DNA from: a virus
Virus record (IMG/VR): IMGVR_UViG_3300031963_000063
Span: 1 to 64,000 of that record
Reading direction: 5' to 3' (one strand)
DNA length: 64,000 nt
Part shown: one piece after another, positions 59,102-64,000 of the stretch
How positions within the stretch are numbered: the stretch's first letter is position 1
Layout: the number at the start of each line of letters is the position of its first letter
Position numbers and translations under genes: made by a program
Notes under the pieces: generated by a model
What the model saw: the letters and a program-made list of their open reading frames with translations, nothing else
The model's database searches: none
Told to the model about the DNA's origin: nothing

Positions 59102-59137
59102 GGTTCACTATCCCCTATGGTTCTTTTTATCTATTTA

Positions 59138-62100
59138 TCAAACTACGATAGAAGTAAAACTAATCTTAAATGTTGTTGAAGAAGAACTTGCAGGGGTTGC
59201 CAGTAACCTTATATTTGCACCAGAAATATCCACATCATAACTAGCAACAGTTCCATTATTATAGACAGTTCCATATTCAGTCAAATATGCATTTGTACTA
59301 TCATGAACTACAAGTATCTTTGTAGTATGGAAATTAGTTCCTTCAACTGCCTGAACAAGGTATTCGACAGAACGATACTGGTTTCTTGAAATAGTATGAA
59401 TAGATGTTTGTGATGTTGTAGTTGTTGTTGCAGTTGCTGATCCTGTTCTGGTTGAAGTTGTATCATGAGTTGGTGCAGTTATTATACCAGAAACATTTGC
59501 ATTGGTGTAAGTTAAGTCAGTACCAGAGATTGTGGTAACAACACCAGTTACAATGTTTCCAGTAGTAGCATTAGCAGTCGTAAAGTTACCAGTAGTATAA
59601 GTAGCATTAGAACCACTAAGTGTGGTAACAACACCTGTTACAATGTTACCTGTGGTAGCATTAGCAGTCCCAAAATTACCAGTCGTATAAGTTGCTGTTG
59701 TACCGGAAAGAGTTGTAACGACACCCGTAACGATATTACCAGTTGTCGCATTAGCAGTTGTAAAGTTACCAGTGGTGTAAGTTGCATTGGTGCCACTTAA
59801 GGTTGTGACCAAACCAGTAACAATGTTACCAGTAGTAGCATTAGCAGTTGTAAAGTTACCAGTGGTGTAAGTTGCATTGGTGCCACTTAAGGTTGTTACG
59901 ACACCAGTGACAATGTTACCAGTGGTGGCATTAGCAGTTGTAAAGTTACCTGTAGTGTAAGTTGCCGTGGTTCCAGAAAGAGTTGTTACGACACCAGTTA
60001 CAATGTTACCAGTGGTGGCATTAAGAGTCGTGATAGTACCAATGCCACTGGTGATTAAGTTGGTAACAACACCAGTAACAATGTTACCGATATTGGTATT
60101 AGCAGTTGTAAAGTTACCTGTAGTGTAAGTTGCCGTGGTTCCAGAAAGAGTTGTTACGACACCAGTAACAATGTTACCAGTAGTTGCATTAGCAGTTCCG
60201 AAGTTACCGGTCGTATAAGTTGCCGTGGTTCCAGAAAGAGTTGTTACGACACCAGTTACAATGTTTCCAGTAGTAGCATTAGCAGTCGTAAAGTTACCAG
60301 TAGTATAAGTAGCATTAGAACCACTAAGTGTGGTAACAACACCTGTTACAATGTTACCTGTGGTAGCATTAGCAGTTCCGAAGTTACCAGTGGTGTAGGT
60401 AGCAGTAGTACCACTGAGTGTGGTAACAACACCAGTGACAATGTTACCAGTGGTGGCATTAAGAGTCGTGATAGTACCAATACCACTGGTGGTTAAGTTG
60501 GTTACAATTCCAGTCCTAATATTTGCTCTATCAATTGAAGCATTAGTATAGGTAGCAGTAGTACCTGATAAAGTTGTTACGATTCCAGTAACGATGTTAC
60601 CTGTTGTAGCATTAAGAGTCGTGATAGTACCAATGCCATTTGTGATTAAGTTGGTAACAATACCTGTTACAATGTTGCCATTCGTAACATTGATATTTGT
60701 AATGGTACCAATTCCAGAAGCACTGATATTTGCTACTGTTAATAGAGTCGAACTTAAAACTTCAGTGCCATTAATCTCATAAGATTTACCAACAGCAAGA
60801 TTAAAGTTCTCACTAGACTTTAAAGCAGTATTAGCATGATCATATGTTAATGTATTATCAGGACCAATTTTAATTCCAGCCCCATCTGCTAATAAATCAG
60901 TTGTTGCTGTAGAAGCAATTCCAACGATAAAATCAGCAAGTTCGATTGTTGCAGAATTGATGATGGTTTGTGTTCCATCAACGAATAGATCTCCTTTAAT
61001 TCTTACGGCACCAGTATTATCTCCAACTGCTGCCGGATCAATAATAAGTTCTGAAGGGCCTTGAATTTGACCAGTTAATTTAATATTACCAACTACATCT
61101 AATTTTGATGTTGGATTTGTGGTTCCAACTCCAAGATTACCAGAAACATAAGCACCACCAGTGACTTGAAGTTGTTGTGCCGTTAAATTAGTTGTTGAAG
61201 TAATACCAAGAGTGCTTATTCCAGTATAATTTAAATTTGTACCACTTAGAGTTGTGACTACACCAGTAACAATGTTACCAGTGGTGGCATTAAGAGTCGT
61301 GATAGTACCAATGCCACTGGTGATTAAGTTGGTAACAACACCAGTAACAATGTTACCAGTGGTGGCATTAAGAGTCGTGATAGTACCAATGCCACTGGTG
61401 ATTAAGTTGGTAACAACACCAGTAACAATGTTACCAATATTAGTATTAGCAGTTACAAAATTACCAGTCGTATAAGTTGCTGTTGTACCAGAAAGAGTTG
61501 TTACTAAACCAGTAACAATATTACCAGTGGTAGCATTAAGAGTGGTGATAGTACCAATACCACTTGTGATTAAGTTGGTTACGACACCAGTGACAATGTT
61601 ACCAGTGGTGGCATTAGCAGTTGTAAAATTACCGGTCGTATAAGTAGCAGTAGTACCTGATAAAGTTGTTACGACACCAGTTACAATATTACCAGTGGTG
61701 GCATTAAGAGTCGTGATAGTACCAATGCCACTGGTGATTAAGTTGGTAACAACACCAGTAACAATGTTACCAATATTAGTATTAGCAGTTACAAAATTAC
61801 CGGTCGTATAAGTAGCAGTAGTACCTGATAAAGTTGTTACGACACCAGTTACAATATTACCAGTGGTAGCATTAGCAGTTCCGAAGTTACCGGTCGTATA
61901 AGTTGCCGTGGTTCCAGAAAGAGTTGTTACTAAACCAGTAACAATATTACCAGTGATGGCATTAAGAGTTGTGATAGTGCCAATGCCACTTGTGGTTAAG
62001 TTGGTTACAATACCAGTCTTAACATATGCTAGATCAATTGATGCGGTAGATACGGTAGCAATACCAGATACAATAAAATTAGTAACAATACCAGTTCTAA

Positions 62101-64000
62101 TATTTGCAGTATTAATTGATGCATCAGTGTAGGTAGCAGTGGTACCAGATAAAGTAGTTACAACACCAGTTACAATGTTACCTGTTGTGGCATTAAGAGT
62201 CGTGATAGTACCAATGCCACTTGTGCGTAAATTAGTTACGATTCCAGTAACGACATTACCGATATTAGTATTAACAGTTGTAAAATTACCTGTAATATAA
62301 GTTGCTCCTACACCAGAAAGAGTTGTAATAACACCAATATCTACAATAGCGTTAGTTACATTAGCAGTGTCAAAATTACCGGTCGTATAAGTAGCAGTAG
62401 TACCTGATAAAGTTGTTACGACACCAGTTACAATGTTACCAGTGGTGGCATTAAGAGTCGTGATAGTACCAATGCCACTTGTGCGTAAATTAGTTACGAT
62501 TCCAGTAACGATGTTACCTGTTGTGGCATTAAGATTTGTGATAGTGCCAATGCCACTTGTGGTTAAGTTGGTTACAACACCAGTTACAATATTACCAATG
62601 TTAGTATTAATAGTTGTGAACGTAGATATTCCTATTACATTCAGTTGGGATGTGTTTAATATTCCATAAACAGTTGCCCCAGCACCTGTAGTTTCAAATT
62701 TTGTGCTACTGCCATGATAAAGTTGTACAGATCCATTCTCAGTAGCAACAACCATTGGTTGACTATTAAGAATTAAACTAATATTTCCACCATTAGATCT
62801 AAGATTTAAAGTTCCAGGTCCTTGTTCATAAATCCAACTATCAGTTCCATCATGATAAATTTTTAAATCATCATCATCACCTAAAATTATTTGATCATTA
62901 TCTCCCAATCTTATATTGCTTTGGAATGTAGCAACACCAGATACAGTTAGATTAGTTACAATACCAGAAGTAATGCTGGCAATACCAGTGGTTATTAAGT
63001 TAGTTGTAATACCAGTCTTAACATATGCTAGATCAATTGATGCTGTAGCAATAGTACCAATACCAGAGGTGGTTAAGTTGGTTACAATACCAGTAACAAT
63101 ATTAGCATTTGTAATATTGGTAGTAGTACTATTAAGTGTTGCAATAGTACCAACACCAGTTACATTCAGGTTATTGGTTGTCGTTAAACCACTAGAGTTA
63201 ATATTTGCTACGGTTAGAAGAGTTGAACTTAAAACCTCAGTACCATCAATCTCATAAACCTTTCCAACAGCAAGATTAAAGTTTTCACTAGACTTTAATG
63301 CCGTATTAGCATGATCATATGTTAATGTATTATTAGGACCAATTTTAATTCCAGCACCATCGGCAAGTACATCTGTTGTTGCCGTTGAAGCAATACCAAC
63401 GATGAAATCTGCAATTTCTACTGTTGTTGAATTGATAACAGTCTGAACACCATCAACGAATAGATCTCCTTTGATTCTAACTGATCCAGTATTATCACCA
63501 ACACCAGCAGGATCAATAGTAATTTCAGAAGGACCACTGATTGTATTTTGAGTAATATTAATTCCTGTACCAAAATTACCAGTAGAAAATCTGTCGAAGG
63601 ATGTTACTACTCCAGTTGAGATTATATTTTCATTTACTTCTACGTTACCAATGAACTTAGCATTCGTATTAAAAGTAGAAATACCAGAAACAATTAATCT
63701 ATCGTCAATGAGTATAGTACCATCTGCAGAATCAATAGTTAGATTTCCGACAGTAGTATCAATTTCATTATCACCACTAATTCCTATTTGAACATTATCA
63801 ATTGTGACACCATTATTTGCATCTAAAAGTTGACTAAAAGTTGCTATGCCAGAAACAATTAATGATGAATCAATGTTAACAAGATTATTATCCGAATCTA
63901 GGATTAAATCCCCAGTGTTGGTGTAAATTTTATTAATATCCCCAACACCAATTAAAATATTATCAATAAATGCACCCTTTTCTGCAAAAATAGTTTCGGC
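59138..64000 (-). CDS. Giant Thr-rich repetitive tail fibre, 5'-truncated (more than 1620 aa)
   Basis: The frame read manually from 64000 (AETIFAEKGAFIDN...) is open and in frame with the 62908 TTG, which follows ...VATFQSNIR. The C-terminus YRSVEYLVQ...TKILVVHD...TEYG is a typical cyanophage fibre end. Confidence 0.85.
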   Translation of the reverse strand, partial: AETIFAEKGAFIDNILIGVGDINKIYTNTGDLILDSDNNLVNIDSSLIVSGIATFSQLLDANNGVTIDNVQIGISGDNEIDTTVGNLTIDSADGTILIDDRLIVSGISTFNTNAKFIGNVEVNENIISTGVVTSFDRFSTGNFGTGINITQNTISGPSEITIDPAGVGDNTGSVRIKGDLFVDGVQTVINSTTVEIADFIVGIASTATTDVLADGAGIKIGPNNTLTYDHANTALKSSENFNLAVGKVYEIDGTEVLSSTLLTVANINSSGLTTTNNLNVTGVGTIATLNSTTTNITNANIVTGIVTNLTTSGIGTIATASIDLAYVKTGITTNLITTGIASITSGIVTNLTVSGVATFQSNIRLGDNDQIILGDDDDLKIYHDGTDSWIYEQGPGTLNLRSNGGNISLILNSQPMVVATENGSVQLYHGSSTKFETTGAGATVYGILNTSQLNVIGISTFTTINTNIGNIVTGVVTNLTTSGIGTITNLNATTGNIVTGIVTNLRTSGIGTITTLNATTGNIVTGVVTTLSGTTATYTTGNFDTANVTNAIVDIGVITTLSGVGATYITGNFTTVNTNIGNVVTGIVTNLRTSGIGTITTLNATTGNIVTGVVTTLSGTTATYTDASINTANIRTGIVTNFIVSGIATVSTASIDLAYVKTGIVTNLTTSGIGTITTLNAITGNIVTGLVTTLSGTTATYTTGNFGTANATTGNIVTGVVTTLSGTTATYTTGNFVTANTNIGNIVTGVVTNLITSGIGTITTLNATTGNIVTGVVTTLSGTTATYTTGNFTTANATTGNIVTGVVTNLITSGIGTITTLNATTGNIVTGLVTTLSGTTATYTTGNFVTANTNIGNIVTGVVTNLITSGIGTITTLNATTGNIVTGVVTNLITSGIGTITTLNATTGNIVTGVVTTLSGTNLNYTGISTLGITSTTNLTAQQLQVTGGAYVSGNLGVGTTNPTSKLDVVGNIKLTGQIQGPSELIIDPAAVGDNTGAVRIKGDLFVDGTQTIINSATIELADFIVGIASTATTDLLADGAGIKIGPDNTLTYDHANTALKSSENFNLAVGKSYEINGTEVLSSTLLTVANISASGIGTITNINVTNGNIVTGIVTNLITNGIGTITTLNATTGNIVTGIVTTLSGTTATYTNASIDRANIRTGIVTNLTTSGIGTITTLNATTGNIVTGVVTTLSGTTATYTTGNFGTANATTGNIVTGVVTTLSGSNATYTTGNFTTANATTGNIVTGVVTTLSGTTATYTTGNFGTANATTGNIVTGVVTTLSGTTATYTTGNFTTANTNIGNIVTGVVTNLITSGIGTITTLNATTGNIVTGVVTTLSGTTATYTTGNFTTANATTGNIVTGVVTTLSGTNATYTTGNFTTANATTGNIVTGLVTTLSGTNATYTTGNFTTANATTGNIVTGVVTTLSGTTATYTTGNFGTANATTGNIVTGVVTTLSGSNATYTTGNFTTANATTGNIVTGVVTTISGTDLTYTNANVSGIITAPTHDTTSTRTGSATATTTTTSQTSIHTISRNQYRSVEYLVQAVEGTNFHTTKILVVHDSTNAYLTEYGTVYNNGTVASYDVDISGANIRLLATPASSSSTTFKISFTSIVV
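59510..62620 (-). repeat. Coding Thr-rich repeat arrays (about 5-aa periodicity; 26- to 30-aa units)
   Basis: TTGNIVTGVVTTLSGTTATYTTGNFTTANA and NLITSGIGTITTLNATTGNIVTG repeated many times in two blocks, about 59510-60620 and 61250-62620. Confidence 0.9.

Noticed and set aside
55240-62620. Regular DNA repeats resembling a CRISPR array
   Set aside because: They are in-frame coding repeats with synonymous variation and no unique spacers, and no cas operon is present.
62906-62908. ORF-track start (TTG) for the last fibre gene
   Set aside because: It is an internal Leu codon; the same frame continues upstream with fibre modules to the window edge.
33684-64000. Diversity-generating retroelement acting on fibre genes
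   Set aside because: No reverse transcriptase and no TR/VR pair with adenine-specific mismatches seen in this window.

Overview
A 64-kb AT-rich segment of a T4-like cyanomyovirus (Kyanoviridae-like; a freshwater picocyanobacterial host is my inference). Almost all genes are on the minus strand. From left to right it holds: a large virion structural gene truncated at the left edge; three tRNA genes (Leu-UAA, CAU, Ile-UAU) with an HNH endonuclease between them; the baseplate hub/spike block (split gp5-like, gp27-like, two tape-measure/hub-like genes, gp51, gp26, gp54); a plus-strand block (NUMOD3 protein, gp4, gp2, gp48, gp53); a Mom-like DNA-modification gene; gp32, gp59, a GIY-YIG nuclease, gp33, an exonuclease, phoH and thyX; a nitrogen-linked small-protein module; glutaredoxin; an orphan sRNA; five glycosyltransferase/methyltransferase genes; three beta-propeller/Gly-rich adhesin-like genes; and several very large repetitive tail-fibre genes running off the right edge. 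The most striking find is at 26.05-26.95 kb. An NtcA box precedes two tandem glnA-type glutamine-riboswitch-like aptamers, and each P2 loop is expanded to hold a two-cysteine protein ORF. These sit upstream of a DUF4278-like peptide, a weakly IF7-like peptide and a transmembrane peptide. Other notable items are a standalone promoter-to-terminator sRNA, an antisense-loop sRNA cassette upstream of the GIY-YIG gene, a candidate -1 frameshift fusing gp26 to gp51, and a shared N-terminal LNYxN tag on three glyco-enzymes. All family assignments come from motif recognition by eye, not database searches.
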